Below are positions 15,483-28,940 of a stretch of 64,000 nucleotides of DNA, in pieces. The DNA is from the human T2T-CHM13v2.0 reference genome, Homo sapiens. Position 1 is the first letter of the stretch. Every line of letters starts with the position of its first letter. Made by a program: the position numbers and the translations under genes. The DNA is taken from the NCBI RefSeq assembly GCF_009914755.1, contig NC_060932.1, one strand, 5' to 3'. Under the pieces are notes generated by a model, which was not told the origin of the DNA, did not search any database, and saw only the letters and a list, made by a program, of their open reading frames with translations.

Positions 15483-18024
15483 TCCCCCTTGTAACACATC
15501 TTATTTCCTTTCTTTATCAAAATTAGCTTGAGATTTCAGCTTTAGTCAGTCTTTCATGAAAACCGAATAGTAGGAAAGTGGGATTCAGTCCTATGCCTCT
15601 TCTTCTGAAAACTAACCTTGCACACTTTACCTATCTTTGTCTTGCCTTAAATTTAAGATAGTGTTGACTTCATGGTATCTAGGTTGTGTTCACTTACGTG
15701 CTGTTCAATTACTCACTAGTTTCTACATTTTCTATTTTAGGTTGGAAGATGCTGGAGAAAACTCAGCATTAAGTGTCGATAATTACCATGATTTTTTAAC
15801 AAACGTTTATTTGAATGATTTCTTTTTTCAAACAATACCTGGGCTACTCAGCCAAAATAATGAATAGGGAATTTCAGTGGGAAATTAGTAACAGAAAAGG
15901 GAAATAAGACGTAACAGGAAGTGTCTAGATTTCTTCTATGGGTTTTAGAATTCTGTTGGAGATGAGTATTTCTAACCCTGGAAAGTTACCAAAAATGAAA
16001 TGAAGATTGAATTTCCTATGAATAGGAAGAAGTTGAAGAAAACCTGGAGATTGTGCGCAATCCTGTCTGAACTATGCATCTGGTGACACGTCTGGACAGA
16101 AGTGTTTTGATAGACTAGTTTTCCATCCTCTCTTCTTGTCAGTTTTCTTCTACGAATGTCCTCCCCCTCCCTCTGTGGTGTACTCGGTTGTAAACATAGG
16201 CTTTTACTTTTTAAGGCAAATATTCCTCAGGATTATTGACAGAAGAGGAAATTCTCTTTAAAATAGCTTTGTGATATGATTCTTGTCTTTTACTTGCAAA
16301 AAAACCTTTTGGGAAACAGAACAGAATGGATGGAAAATACCATGATAGGAAAAGAGCTCTCTAGTTTAACCTTAATTTTAGATCTATTCTCTTCCTTGGA
16401 AGTGTCATTTATGGTTTTTGCTGACTCATTTCCCTGCCATTGCTATTACCCTGGAGGAGGCACCATGACAAGCCATGCACAGACTTCATAGCATTAGTAA
16501 CTTCTTGGGTCTTTGATGTGTTTTGTGTCAACAGAATCATTGTAGTACTCACGGTGTGTGTTGTTGGGGTCGGAGGTGACTTTGAAGAAAGTCTTGAAGT
16601 TTGGAAGGACAAAAATGCTCAGGGGGAAAAAAGACTGTTCTGTTAAGGAAAATATTACTGTCAAGCCAGAAATATTTCTGAAGTCTTCATTAGGTCTAGT
16701 AATCTCCAAGGATTAGGATGACGGGACCCGCGGTTGGATGACCTCTGTTGGATGTGCTAATACATAGAGGCTGAGTGGGCTGGATGGGTGGAAAACAGAG
16801 AGACGGAGTGCAAAACCAAACTCTGAAAAGAGCAGCTGTCTTTACAATGCTCATTCACTTTCTGTTACTTGCCGGCCAATGTAATGAGAACCGCTATCAT
16901 AGGTGAAGGTTAAGTACACTATTTCCCTTAGACTTTAAAGTCCGCTTTAGTATTTTGCTGATGAGTATTAATGAGCAAGGATTAAATTTCAGATTTTAAA
17001 AAATCTTTTTATCTAAAAATAATAATAATTACAGATGGAGACAGTTTCAGGGTAATTTCAACTCTTTTACTTCATACACACACACAGTCATAGGTTTTAG
17101 AAGCAGTAAAATATTTTATTGAGCTAAAGTCATGGCTATTTCATTTCATTATGAGTAAGATACTTTACAAATAAAATAAATCATTGGCAAATAAAATGCT
17201 GTATTTTAATGATCTGAAAACATAACATCTTTTTAAATAGGCACTAGGTATTTTGCAGATTTCACCAATTACTTGTCACACTGTGGCTGGAAATTCTGAA
17301 CCATTCCATTCATTTATTAACTCAGCCAGAAAACTGTTTTTAAATATTTATGGGAATGCTTGTGGTCAGATTCCTGCATTGCCTTTACATATAACTAAGT
17401 GGAAAGAAAGCTTTTCAATCAGTTTCTGGTACAAGCACCTGTCTTACATTTTGCATCATAACTGTAACTATGACACTAATTGGCTTGCTTCTTAACACCT
17501 TCTTGATCATACTGCCTGAATTTGGCCAGTCTTGCAACATGGCATTTTGCAATCCCATGTTAAAATGAGGCTATTATAGACCAGATGGCATTATTGGGTG
17601 GTCACACTAGGAAAAAAAAAATGCCAAAAAACTACATTGCAAGTTTTCATTTTAGATAGGAAAACAGAGTTCATTTCAGTCTGCAGAACAGACTAATAAA
17701 TATCATTTGCACCTGTAAGAATAGCTGGACTTACTCTAAGGCAGGGCTTCTGAAAATGGGGTCTGGTACCCCCGGCAATTGTGCAAGATGATCCATTGGA
17801 GAAAATATGACTAACTTCTATTTATATCATTTTTTAATTGAAGAATAAATTTAAGCTTTGCAAATATTTAACTTAAGTGGATTAATGCTGATTCCTACTT
17901 CATTCCACATGGCATGTGTCACTTATACTCAAAGTCTGTTAAGGGGAGATTGTGGTTCTGCGGCATAAATGAGTTGGCCAAGTCTCTCTCAATCATTCTT
18001 TTGCTTTCATCATTTACATAAGGG

Positions 18025-18248
18025 CGGGGGGCCCAAACTTTTGGTTTCCCTGGGCCACATTGGAAGAAGAAGAATTGTCTTGGGCCAGACATAAAATAGA
18101 CTAACACTAATGATAGCTGATGAGCTAAAAAAAAAATAGCAAAAAATTCTTCTAATATTTTAAGAAAGCTTGACAAATTTATGTTGGGCTGCATTCAAAG
18201 CTGTCTTGGGATGCATGTAGTCCACAGGCCGTGGGTTGGACAAGCTTG
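18025..18248 (+). mobile_element. MER30 nested in the Charlie fossil
   Basis: TTCCCTGGGCCACATTGGAAGAAGAAGAATTGTCTTGGGCC...GGGTTGGACAAGCTTG. Confidence 0.9.
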
Positions 18249-20176
18249 ATTTAAATGTTTCAAGTCATTTATGGATGAACATAAGTAGACATAAGAGAGT
18301 TTAAAGACACATTATCTCATCTGAAAGAAATTTGACTAAAATAATACTAATAAGTCAAGACAAAGTGAAGAGCAAGAGACCATTGACATTTCTCTGAGTC
18401 CTATTAGGAACTATTGATGTTTTGACAATCTAATCAGATTTGACAAAATTTCTGCCTCCACCTTCTCCCCCATGGAAGGATCAAGAAGACTATTAAAATA
18501 TAGATAGCCCCTTACTCTTTTTCAAAGTGAACCTTGACCTAGAGGAAAAATGTGCCTTGAGATGTTAGCTAAGGATAGAGCAAAGTCATCACTGTTAGCA
18601 AGACATTTTAAATATATTCTGTGATTTCTCCTGTGATGTTTAGTTATGTAACACCCAATTAATGTTTAATGAAAAACTTCACTGAATAGCCAATGATCTA
18701 AAGACTCATTGAGGAAACATGTTCATCTTGCCTTAGTAAAAATGGCTGAAAGAATCCTTGGAAAACAACGTGGTTAGCAGGCTAAAATACATTCCTTTGA
18801 ATGTATTTCCCAGTAAAAACACAGTCGACATTGCAAAAGATCTGAATAAACAAGTTTTATAACAAATTATGTCATGTAAAAGGTTTGGAATATACAGTAA
18901 ATGTAAGCACAGATGTTTCTAATACGTCTCGGCTTATAGTATTTGCTAAATTTTGTTTCAGTGATGGAATATGAACGATTACCTTCCCCCTTTCATTATG
19001 AGCCACTAAAGGGAAGAAAGACCAATGAGGTGATAGTCTCAACAGTAAATGGCTCGTTTAACAAATATAATATTTCATCTAAAAACTATAAATGTAACCA
19101 CAGAAAGAATTCTAGGCTAAGTTTATGGAGATAACATTGCAAAATTAATAAACGAGCTATTTTAGCAAAAAGTTAAAGCTAAAAGTGCACAAAATGCTAT
19201 AGACTGACATTGATATTCTAATGTTTTCATTAAAAAAACCCAAATTAGTAAAAAGTGAGTTCTTTACAATATTTGAAATGAGGTAGGGAGTGGCCACAAA
19301 CACCATTTGTTACCATACAGAGGTTTGCTGGTTATCTCAGAGCAAAGAACTCGAACAGCACATGACTTACTAATTTTTTTTTTACAAAAATCAAATAACT
19401 CAAATTTACTGACATTTCAGTGATGATAAGCAGCTGTCACTATTATGCTACTGAGAATACATTTTTTTAAACATTACATAATTTGTTTCTCCAAGATAAA
19501 GATGTCACTTAAACAATGAGTGAGCAAGTAAGTGCTTTATAAAAGAAGTTGTGTTATGTATAAATCATTCTAAAAATATTTTGGAAATGTGTATATTGTT
19601 ATATGAATTTATTACTGAAAATGATGTGTATTTACTACCTATTAAAACTCATACACAAATTTTAAAAATCTGAATACAGTTTTCCAATCAATTAAAATTT
19701 TGACAAATTAATAATTGCACTTGTGGTAATTTCAAATTACGTATTCAAAATATAAAAATGCAATTTCCGATTTGTTTTCAAGACATCAAGGCATATATAT
19801 TTACTAGTAAAATTTCAGTAGACTCCTTTGGGTTACTGTTAGGCTAGATAAAAATTTTGCATCATGACTTAGTAAAAAAGTTGTATTTTGTCCGTTTGGA
19901 GTTACATGTCTTTTTCTACCTTCACGGCTTTTAAAATCAAGTATTAAACTGCAGTTTGAATCGGTGTGCCTCCTTCTTTAGGCTAAGATTTAAAAAGCAA
20001 CTTCAAGCATATTCTGTCATATTTTTTATCCTAAAAGTTATTCATTATAACATTTATAGAGAAAGAAAGTTTCTTTTGGCCCTATTAAAAAAGAAACTCA
20101 ACCTTAAAAATAGACATTTTTTCATGGTTGCTTTACACCATATATTAGTGCAGTGTTACATGAACGTTATTTAGAG

Positions 20177-20383
20177 TAGTGGTTCTCAGTTGGAGTGATC
20201 TTTCTCCCTAGGGGACATTTGGCAGTGTCTGGAGAGGTTTTGGCTGTCACACCTGGGGGAGGTACTGCCGACATACAGTTGGTAGAAGCCAGGGGTGCTG
20301 CTAACATCCCATGATGTACAGTTCTCCACGACAAAGAATTATCTTGCCCAAAACGTCAATGGTGCCGGGGTTGAGAAACCATG
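20177..20383 (+). mobile_element. MER20
   Basis: AGTGGTTCTCA..GGGGACATTTGGCAGTGTCTGGAGA..GTTGAGAAACC; degenerate 8-bp TSD ATTTAGAG/CTTTAGTG. Confidence 0.9.
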
Positions 20384-21230
20384 CTTTAGTGATTATGATA
20401 TACATAGTGTGTACTTGACAGTATTATGTATACCCATTTTAAAACAGTTTGGAGGCCACTGTAAGTTATGACATTTGAGAAGCTGAATTACCAGTTGAGA
20501 TTCTATTTGGTTCAAAGTGCAAAATGTCTAGTATTTGTTTTAATTCACCATAGTATTTTGATTTAAAATCCATCTTATGTTTAGCTCTGTGAATTTTAAA
20601 CCATGGGTTGACTAGAAAAGGACTTCTCAGTGAGCAACGTCACATGTATATATCTTTAAGGCTGGCTTCTGTTTTTGTTGTTGGTGTTATTGTTTTTAGG
20701 TACTAAACTGTTTAAAACATCAGGATTTCATGAGGTTATATATGTATACTGTCATACAGAATTCAAGAAATTTAATAAAATATGGACATGGAAATAAATT
20801 GCATGAAGCTTATTCATATCTTATTACCTATCAGTTTCTAGGCAGAGAAGGACTAAATTTAGAAACACAGCCAAAGATTTTTGTTATCAGGCTCCTTGCC
20901 TCTATTTTGGCCAGTCTTCCCAAGAACATTATGAAGAGAAAACAATTTTTATTATTTATCACTTTGTTTACCAGTAGAAACTATTCTATTTTACAAAAAT
21001 GTAGCAAATTCACAATATCAGTTTTAAAGGCTGCTACAATTAGTCTTCCTTTCTTTGGTGCAGGGTTTTTAGATTAAAAGTTCTTCTTATGTGATATTTT
21101 ATCGAACTTCTGCTTCCTTTCTGCAATGCCCAGAATTTCAGATCAAGTATGAGTCATGACTTTGGAACCGTGGCTTAAGGATTAAGTTATAAAATTAAAA
21201 AGATAATAGACATTTCAATGCAGGACAAGA

Positions 21231-21288
21231 AACACACACCACACACACACATACACACAGACACACACACACACACACACACACACAC
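21231..21288. repeat. Interrupted (CA)n microsatellite
   Basis: Seen directly. Confidence 0.97.
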
Positions 21289-22042
21289 TTCTAATAAATG
21301 CTAAGAAGTAAGATAGTTTTACAAGCAATTCCTTAAAACTTGGAAGAGCTGATGATGTGGGAAAAATAAAAAATGTTTCTATCAGAAGAGAAAAATGAAT
21401 GGCCTAACATCTCTTATTTGCAGCTTAAGTTGTGAAAATATCATTTATAATGTGTGCATTAATTGTATTCCACACATGACTATTTTAGTTGATGTTATAG
21501 AATGTGACAAATGTTAAAGAAGATGAAAATAAAACGAATGTTAAGAATAACTTGATGACTTTGATTTTTCTAACTAGATTCTTTCTAAAGCCCGTAGATG
21601 CCAGAAAAACAAATACTTCCTTGATAAAAAGATCTTTGGACTGGGGAACTGCTTTTTCACCAAGGCTACAGGAACTGCTAATAATTCCTGTAGCTATTTG
21701 ATATATATTGATGTATGATGTTTGTCTGTGACTATCAACCTATGTATCCTTATAAATCTATAGATAGATATCTATAAAGACTCATCTCAAGATTTTTGAG
21801 AGTCCATGCAATCTTAATTTCCAGTATTGCATATAATTTTCACTATATAAACATAATTCCTTTGGAGAGTTAGTGCAAGTAGAGAACAATAACATCATGA
21901 TGAGATACGGACATAGGAAAAGTAGCTAAGCTCACTCACTAGTGGATGACTTCTGCTCATCAGTCTGTCTGACAAAATTAAAGCTTATTTGAGATTATAG
22001 AATATGGTATTGCTCATAAATAGAAAAAATAGCAAAACCCTG

Positions 22043-22459
22043 TGATACAGTTTGGATGTTGTCCCTGCCCGAATCTCATGTTGAAATGTAATCCTCAGTG
22101 TTGGAGGTGGGACCTGGTGGAGTGTTCGGGTCTTGGGGGTGGATTTCTCATGAATGGTTTAGCACCATCCTCTTGGTACTGTCCTCGTGATAGTCAATGA
22201 GTTCTTATGAGATCTGGCCGATTACAGGTGTGTGGCACCTCCCTCCTGTCTCTCTTGCTGCTACTTCCACCATGTGAGATGCCTGCTCCCCCTTCACCTT
22301 CTGCCATGATTGTAAGCTTACTGAGGCCTTCTCAGAAGCAGATGCTGGTGTTATGCTTTCTGTACAGCCTGCAGAACCAGGAGCCAATTAAACCTCTTTT
22401 TTTGCAAATTACCCAGTTTCAGGTATTTCTTTATAGCAATGCAAGGACAGCCTAACACA
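22043..22459 (+). mobile_element. MSTA-type MaLR solo LTR
   Basis: TGATACAGTTTGG...CTAACACA with perfect 5-bp TSD CCCTG. Confidence 0.92.
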
Positions 22460-22874
22460 CCCTGTAAATGTTAAATATGAGAATGGCAAGTCTAGGCAAT
22501 AAGCTAAAATCAGTTATGACCTTTGAAATATTAAGATTATGGTTGCTAAATTTTGGTGTTTGGTGTGGGGTAGGGAGGTAGAGAGGAAATGTTTTTTTCT
22601 TACTCTCAAATTTCTATAGTTAAATGCTACTGGAGCAAGGATAGAAAAAATTGGAAACTTGTTGCCCATGTGTCAATACTGATTTCTTGCTTTTATTTTA
22701 TTTTTTTAAAATAGCTAACAAAACACAGCATAGTCCAAGAGTTCTATCCTGTTCTTTTGTGCTTAGCAAATGTGGTTTCCCACCTCCGCTCTCAATTCTG
22801 GGTATCTTTAAATACTGTTTTTAGAAGACCAGGATATTTATTAAAGGGAGAAGATCAAAGATCACAGCACTGAA

Positions 22875-22958
22875 TGACATCAACAATGTCATTGTCAACA
22901 AACTTTTACTGGAGGCATTGTCATTGTCAATGTCAATGTCAACAAACTTTTATTGGAG
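22875..22958. repeat. Short duplication with a (TGTCA[A/T])n hexamer run
   Basis: TGTCA[T/A]TGTCAACAAACTTTTA[C/T]TGGAG occurs twice. Confidence 0.9.
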
Positions 22959-23511
22959 ATGAAAGTTTAGAAGAAAAAAATCGAAGTATGCTAACCCTGC
23001 TAATAGGTGTAAAATTGCATCATAAAGTAAACAGAAGCAATAAGATTTGCTCTTCTATAGAGGTCTATCTTTCAAAAACCTTTTTATTGAAAATTCATTT
23101 ACTACATTAAATCAATTTTAGAAATACTTTCTCTGACTTTTGGAAAGAAGAAAATTGATATTTTGCTATTGTAACACAGTTGGTCCTCATCGGTTATTTG
23201 GTACCTGGTAGTTCAATAGAACCGCTTTAGGTTTTCCACTTTCAGTGACTTGATAGTTAAATACATACTTTGACATCTTTTGAGGAAAATGATTTAGCCC
23301 TTATTATCTTCAGAATGAAAACCAAATACAGCATTTGCTATTCTTGCCGCTTTTAAGTCTCTTTCCCTGGTCTGAAGTTCTTCTGCCTTAAATAATCTAT
23401 TAGTTTTAAATCATTTCATCTGTAGGAATAGAATGAACATTTAAAATGAATAGAGTGTCAGCTTTCTCATTCTTCTAGACTTACAACTACTAAACAAATA
23501 AATAATGGGGG

Positions 23512-24044
23512 TGAGGTAGGAGATGAGCAGGACTTGTTTTCAAGACCCTCCTGATCTAAACAGGATGTGGCAAAGAAACTGCCTCAAACCAGCTAGGACT
23601 AGGAATTATCACGTATTTGCTTAAGACATGCCCAACAGTGCCACGACAGTTTATAAATGCCGTGGCAACGACCTGGAAGTTACATTATGTGGTTCTGGGA
23701 ACTCCTTGCCCCATTTCCCAGGAAGTTTGTGAATAATACGCTTCTTACTTAGCATATAGTTAAAAGTGAGCATAAATATAGCTAGCCATCAATGCACAAG
23801 GGCTACTCTGTGCTACTTTGCCTAGGGGTAGCCCTGCTCTGTCTATGGAGCACCGTTTTGCTGTACTCTGTGTGCTACTTTGCCTAGGGGTAGCCCTGCT
23901 CTGTCTATGGAACACCGTTTTGCTGTACACTGTTGCTCTAATGAACTTGCTTTCTTTCACTGTCAGCTCACACTTGCATTCTCTCCTGAGTGAAGCCAAA
24001 AACCCTCTGAGGCTAAGCCCCAACTTTGGGGTTCACTTGCATCA
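23512..24044 (+). mobile_element. ERV1 MER4-group solo LTR (MER66/MER50-like)
   Basis: TGAGGTAGGAGATGAGCAGGACTTG start; GACAGTTTATAAATGCCGTGGCAACGACCTGGAAGTTAC; GGCTAAGCCCCAACTTTGGGG..GCATCA end. Confidence 0.75.
23804..23932 (+). repeat. 2 x 62-bp tandem duplication inside the LTR
   Basis: TGTGCTACTTTGCCTAGGGGTAGCCCTGCTCTGTCTATGGA[G/A]CACCGTTTTGCTGTAC at 23809 and 23871. Confidence 0.95.
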
Positions 24045-25771
24045 GCTGGGTGTGGGGAAGACAGAGAAGGAGAGCAATATCTTCTGTAGGGAACTTTTGA
24101 GGTAAATATTGGTCTCTTTCTAAAACTCCTTGCAAGCCACTATATCAGTTGTCAACAAATGCTAGTCATGTTTCCTCTGTCTATTAGATACAAAACACAA
24201 TAACACCTTACCAGGATTTGGTAGGTGAAAATGTCAATTTCTTTTGCCTAGTTCCTTGTAATTGAAATGATTTGTTACAGCATGATAACTATAGAGTAGA
24301 AATAAAAACTAGGCTGGAATTGAAAAGAAAACAAACCCCCAAATTGAGGAAGAGTAGAGGCTTTTTTGGAAACATACATGAAATCCTGGCAGGTAAAATA
24401 ACTGTGTATTGTATATGTCAGCATGCTAGAATGAAATTTTAACACAACTCCTATGTCAAATGTTGACAAACTAAAGCTGGTCAACAACGAGGTTAAATAA
24501 ATCATAACCAGGACATTAACACCCCATGGAAAAGGCATGCATGAAAGCAGCTGGTACTGTCCCTGATAGACAAAACAATGAACATTGACCCAGTTTCAAC
24601 AAGTTATGTTATAAATATGTAAACATTCCGTAGAGAATTTCTATGTTAAGAAATTTATGTTATGTTATTAAGTTTATATTACAGAGGCTTCCATTCCTCT
24701 TAACAACATACATGGCTTTTTAAAAATATCAGGATGACCAACCAGCCACGATGGCCTTCTCAGCTTCCAGAATTCCCTCTGCCCTGTCTATATTCCTGAT
24801 CTTCCCCTACACTATGTTAGGTCCATGTGTGCGTACACATTTCAATGGCACACTGCTTTTGTTTTGTTTTGTTTTTGGAACAATCAGGAATTACTCTCTG
24901 CTCTGCTAGGTTTCATGAGGACAGGGGTTGCCTCTGCATTTATTGCTATGTCTCTAGTGCTTAGCATAGTGCTTGACATGAGTGAATTCTTATTTGTTCA
25001 TTTCATAAGACCATCTTTTTCTGCTTGTCCTGGTTTATACGGTTTTGGTATTGCTCTGGGCACTCATTATGCAACATAAAATTGATTTTCAAAATGTTAA
25101 CTATGATGTGATAGTTTAATGTGAGAAAATAGAAGGAAAAGATGAAATGGGTGACAAATGATTGCCCGTTTTTAATGATGGACTGCACAGTATTATTGAC
25201 GGTGCTTGTGCTTTCTCGAGTGGCTTTCTTAGAATAGTTCCAAGAACTTCAAACATGCCTTTAATCCTTCAGTTATCTCTGTGATATGTAAAGCATTTTC
25301 AATATCACCATATAACAGCTTGGGAGGCAGACAGGTCTGAAAAGCAGAAGTCCAGAAATGTTTTCCGTTTGACTAAATGTTTGTTTCTAGCTTAAGCTTT
25401 CACTCTTTTCATTTGATCTCATCCAAATTTGCTTTACTGAAGGGCGCCGTTTAAATTTTTTATTTGTATCACTTTCTATTTGCTATGTATAGATTTTTAA
25501 ATGGCTTAATTTTCTTTTGGAATCCTCACATTTCAAAAAGAGATGTTGAATGTAGTGGGAGTTGAAGACAGATATTAATGGACTGCTCTTCATTTTAGTC
25601 TCGCTCAAAGATACAGTGAAAGACTTAATAAAAATTCTGCATGATAATATCAACATTAAATATACACAGATAAGGAATTTATAGGCTCTGAGAAAACAGA
25701 ATTTTCTTCAGACATTTTTGGCTGTATGTAGCTCAGGAAAGCAAAATGACTACACAGACGTGTACATATAC

Positions 25772-25835
25772 CTGGGCCCACTGTATAGAGGTGCACAGTT
25801 GTGCATTATACACCTCTGTGGGCACTATTGTCACC
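25772..25835. mobile_element. MER91-like palindromic hAT MITE fragment
   Basis: GTATAGAGGTGCACAGTTGTGCATTATACACCTCTGTGGGCAC hairpin. Confidence 0.55.
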
Positions 25836-26248
25836 TATAATACACTTTATATCTTTGGAATATATAGAAATAACAACAGAAGCCTCTATATTTCTACATA
25901 CAGATTAAAGAATAATGTCTTCCCAAGTTAATCAGGACTCATCAGAGTTTCAGAGAACCCATAAATTACAGAATCTTGAAAAGATGTTAGAAAATAATTG
26001 GTTTTAAATCCAAAGATATACCATTTGAATATATATGCTACTTTAAAAAACACTAATGAGTTGGCTTTTTGCGTGAATTAAATATGAAACTTGAGAGGCT
26101 TTCATTTCCGGCGAAAGAAACCACATAGCAGCTTCCTTTTCCCTGTTTGATGCCTCTTCAATAATGCAGTCTCATCTTTTATGTATCTTAGCCATGTCTG
26201 CTGTATGGACCCAACTGTACAATAAAATTTCAAACCAATGCTTAATGA

Positions 26249-26596
<348 letters not shown>

Positions 26597-27514
26597 GTTT
26601 ATTTGTTTTCTTTATAAGAAGATATATTCTGAGTACAATATCCCAGGGCTTCTCTTTCTCTTCTAAGTGAAGATTTCAAGTGTGGTACACAACAAATTGC
26701 AAGTTGATGCAGAAAGTGAGCAGACATTATGGATGGCTAGGAAATCCTCAGAATGGTTAAAGAGAGTGGAACGTATGCAAAGGAAGTTTCTTCTAACCAG
26801 GGAGGGCATCCGTAAATGACCAATTTAGCATCCTTACATTGTTTCCCGGGTTCTTTAGGAAAGTTTCCCTTTTAGCTTTCGGGACCCTGTTGACAGGCTT
26901 TGGAGCCCACTCTCCTATTTGCTTGGTCTGAAGGACCTTGCAGCTTTGCACTGTCAAACATGACCTGTGGTCTGTGCTGACTGTTGGTATCTCAGGTTTC
27001 TCTTATCATTGGTGAAACTGGCATATTGTCACATCTTACTGAAGAGCTGTCCCCCGGCCCCAACCCCACCTTTTTTTTTTTTTTTTTGTGGCTGCCCGAG
27101 GAAATTGGAGTGCAGTGTTCTGCCAGGCACACACCGGCCTAGGTGATGTTTTCTTCTCCAGCAACATGGAAAAGCCTCTTCTGGGGAAAGGTGTAAGGAG
27201 ACAAACCAATTGCCACTTCCGAGTTGGAAAAATTGGATCCCTTTGTGCTCTTATCTTCATCCACTTCCAACTTTACTGATTTTACCGCTGCTGGGTTCCA
27301 GGGGAGGTAAAAAGGAGAGGAGAAAATGATTGATTTGAGTGCTGGTGGCAATCAATGAGTGGCAATAGATGGGTCTCATGACAGGGCTTTTGTAAGCGCC
27401 TTGCTCCATGACTGGGAATAAGATATTGTCAAACTCAGCACCACAAAATGCACACAGTGCCCATTTAACCACGTAACCATCCAGGAGGAGTACACACACA
27501 ATATGTGCCTCTTA

Positions 27515-27655
27515 TTAATTCATTTGTTCATTTATTCATTCGGCAAATAATTATAGAGGCTACCATGTGCTGGGCAGTGTTCTAAGCAAAGGATTATAAC
27601 CATGAACAAAACAGCCCCAAATCCCTGCCCTTTGGAAGCTTACATGCTAACGGAG
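27515..27655. mobile_element. L2 3'-end fragment
   Basis: TTCATTTATTCATTCGGCAAATA..TACCATGTGCTGGGCAGTGTTCTAAG..AACAAAACAG. Confidence 0.7.
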
Positions 27656-27816
27656 CCTACTTTCTACATTCTCTATATCCTTACGATAGAGTAAAACTAT
27701 TAGATCATTTCCCAAACGTCTTACAAAAAAATAATTTTAACAAAAAAAATTAATAAAAGTAGTTATCTGCCTAGGTACCAGGCTGAAAGACTCTGAATTT
27801 AAATATTAAATGTGAA

Positions 27817-28112
27817 GGCTGGGCACAGTGGCTCACGCCTGTAATCCCAACATTTTGGGAGGCCGAGGTGCGTGGATCACTTGTGGTCAGGAGTTTGAGA
27901 CCAGCCTGGCCAACATGGTGAAACCCCATCTCTACTAAAAATACAAAAATTAGCTGGGCGTGGTGGGGCACGTCTATAGTCACAGCTACTTGGGAGGCTG
28001 AGGCAGCAGGATCACTTGAGCCCAGAAGGCAGAAGTTTCAGTTAGCCAAGATCACGCCACTGCACTCCAGCTTGGGTGACAGAGAAGACCCTATCTCAAA
28101 AAACAAAAACAA
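27817..28112 (+). mobile_element. Alu (Sx/Jb-like) with 16-bp TSD
   Basis: AAATATTAAATGTGAA at 27801-27816 and 28111-28126. Confidence 0.95.
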
Positions 28113-28699
28113 ATATTAAATGTGAAAAAAATTCAAACAAAGAGCTAGAAAGTACATCCTACTAGGGAAGCAAACTTTAAAACATACTACTATTGTAGAA
28201 CTATTGAAGGTGAGACATATTCAGGGAAACTTCATAATCCATATTTTCTTAAGATTCTGTGTTGATTATTTATAAAATATTAAACACCCAGTCTTAGAAA
28301 CCACATATATTTTTCACTCGTAATCTTTCGCATTAGATAGGACTAGTGCGCAAGCCCGTGGAGTAATCTACTGATTTTTCTGTCTACCTCTACAAAAGGC
28401 TACAACTCGTCTCCCCAGTGTGCCCTGCTGGGAGTGGCTGCTCGAATCCATTTAGTGCCCACCAGATCCCTCTTACCCACTCATGGTGTTTCCCCAGAAA
28501 AGTTTCCTAGGTGATTTTTCTAACTCCATTCTCTCGCAGTTCCCATCTTTCCTACACATTGCATCAAAGTGAACCTTCCGAAGAGTCACTGTCCTCTTAT
28601 TGCTGTCCTGTTCCAGATGGTCTCATCAGACCCAGTTTCCTCTCCTTGCCAGCCTTCCACACTCTGGCACCAACTCAGTTTAGCAACAAACACAACAAT

Positions 28700-28940
28700 A
28701 AAGTCAACAATAATACTTTGTATTTTCAGTGATGAATTATTTTACACCAAAGGTCTCATTTGATACTCAAAACTTAGAAAGAGTCAAAGTTGTTACAATT
28801 ATTTTCATTTGACAGAGGACTATATTGAAGTTGAGAAAACTCACATGATTTGTTCAAAGCCACCCAGCTGCCAGGTAGAAGGATCAGGTTTAAAATCCAG
28901 TTCTTCTGAGTTGCAGATCACCTCTCTAGTCACTGCTTCC
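28700..28940. mobile_element. MIR fragment
   Basis: CATTTGACAGAGGA..TGATTTGTTCAAAGCCACCCAGCT..TCCAGTTCTTCTGA. Confidence 0.6.

Larger units (their letters stand above)
17742..20461 (+). mobile_element. Fossil hAT-Charlie DNA transposon (Charlie7-like) with decayed transposase
   Basis: CAG...CTG ends; broken-frame peptides VHLALVKMAERILGKQ, RLKYIPL, DIAKDLNKQVL*QI (18827), STDVSNTSRLIVFAKFCF (18906), YHTEVCWLSQSK (19311-19346; compare Charlie/Buster HTEVRWLSRGK). Confidence 0.8.

Noticed and set aside
16720-16920. Possible promoter (a few CpGs, CCAAT)
   Set aside because: CpG density and length are far below island level, and the motifs are too common to support a call.
18943-19134. ORF inside the Charlie fossil as a domesticated ZBED-like gene
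   Set aside because: Transposase similarity is spread over several frames with many stops and frameshifts, so it is a dead element.
25772-25835. Small hairpin as a novel ncRNA
   Set aside because: Better explained by the palindromic body of a MER91-like MITE.
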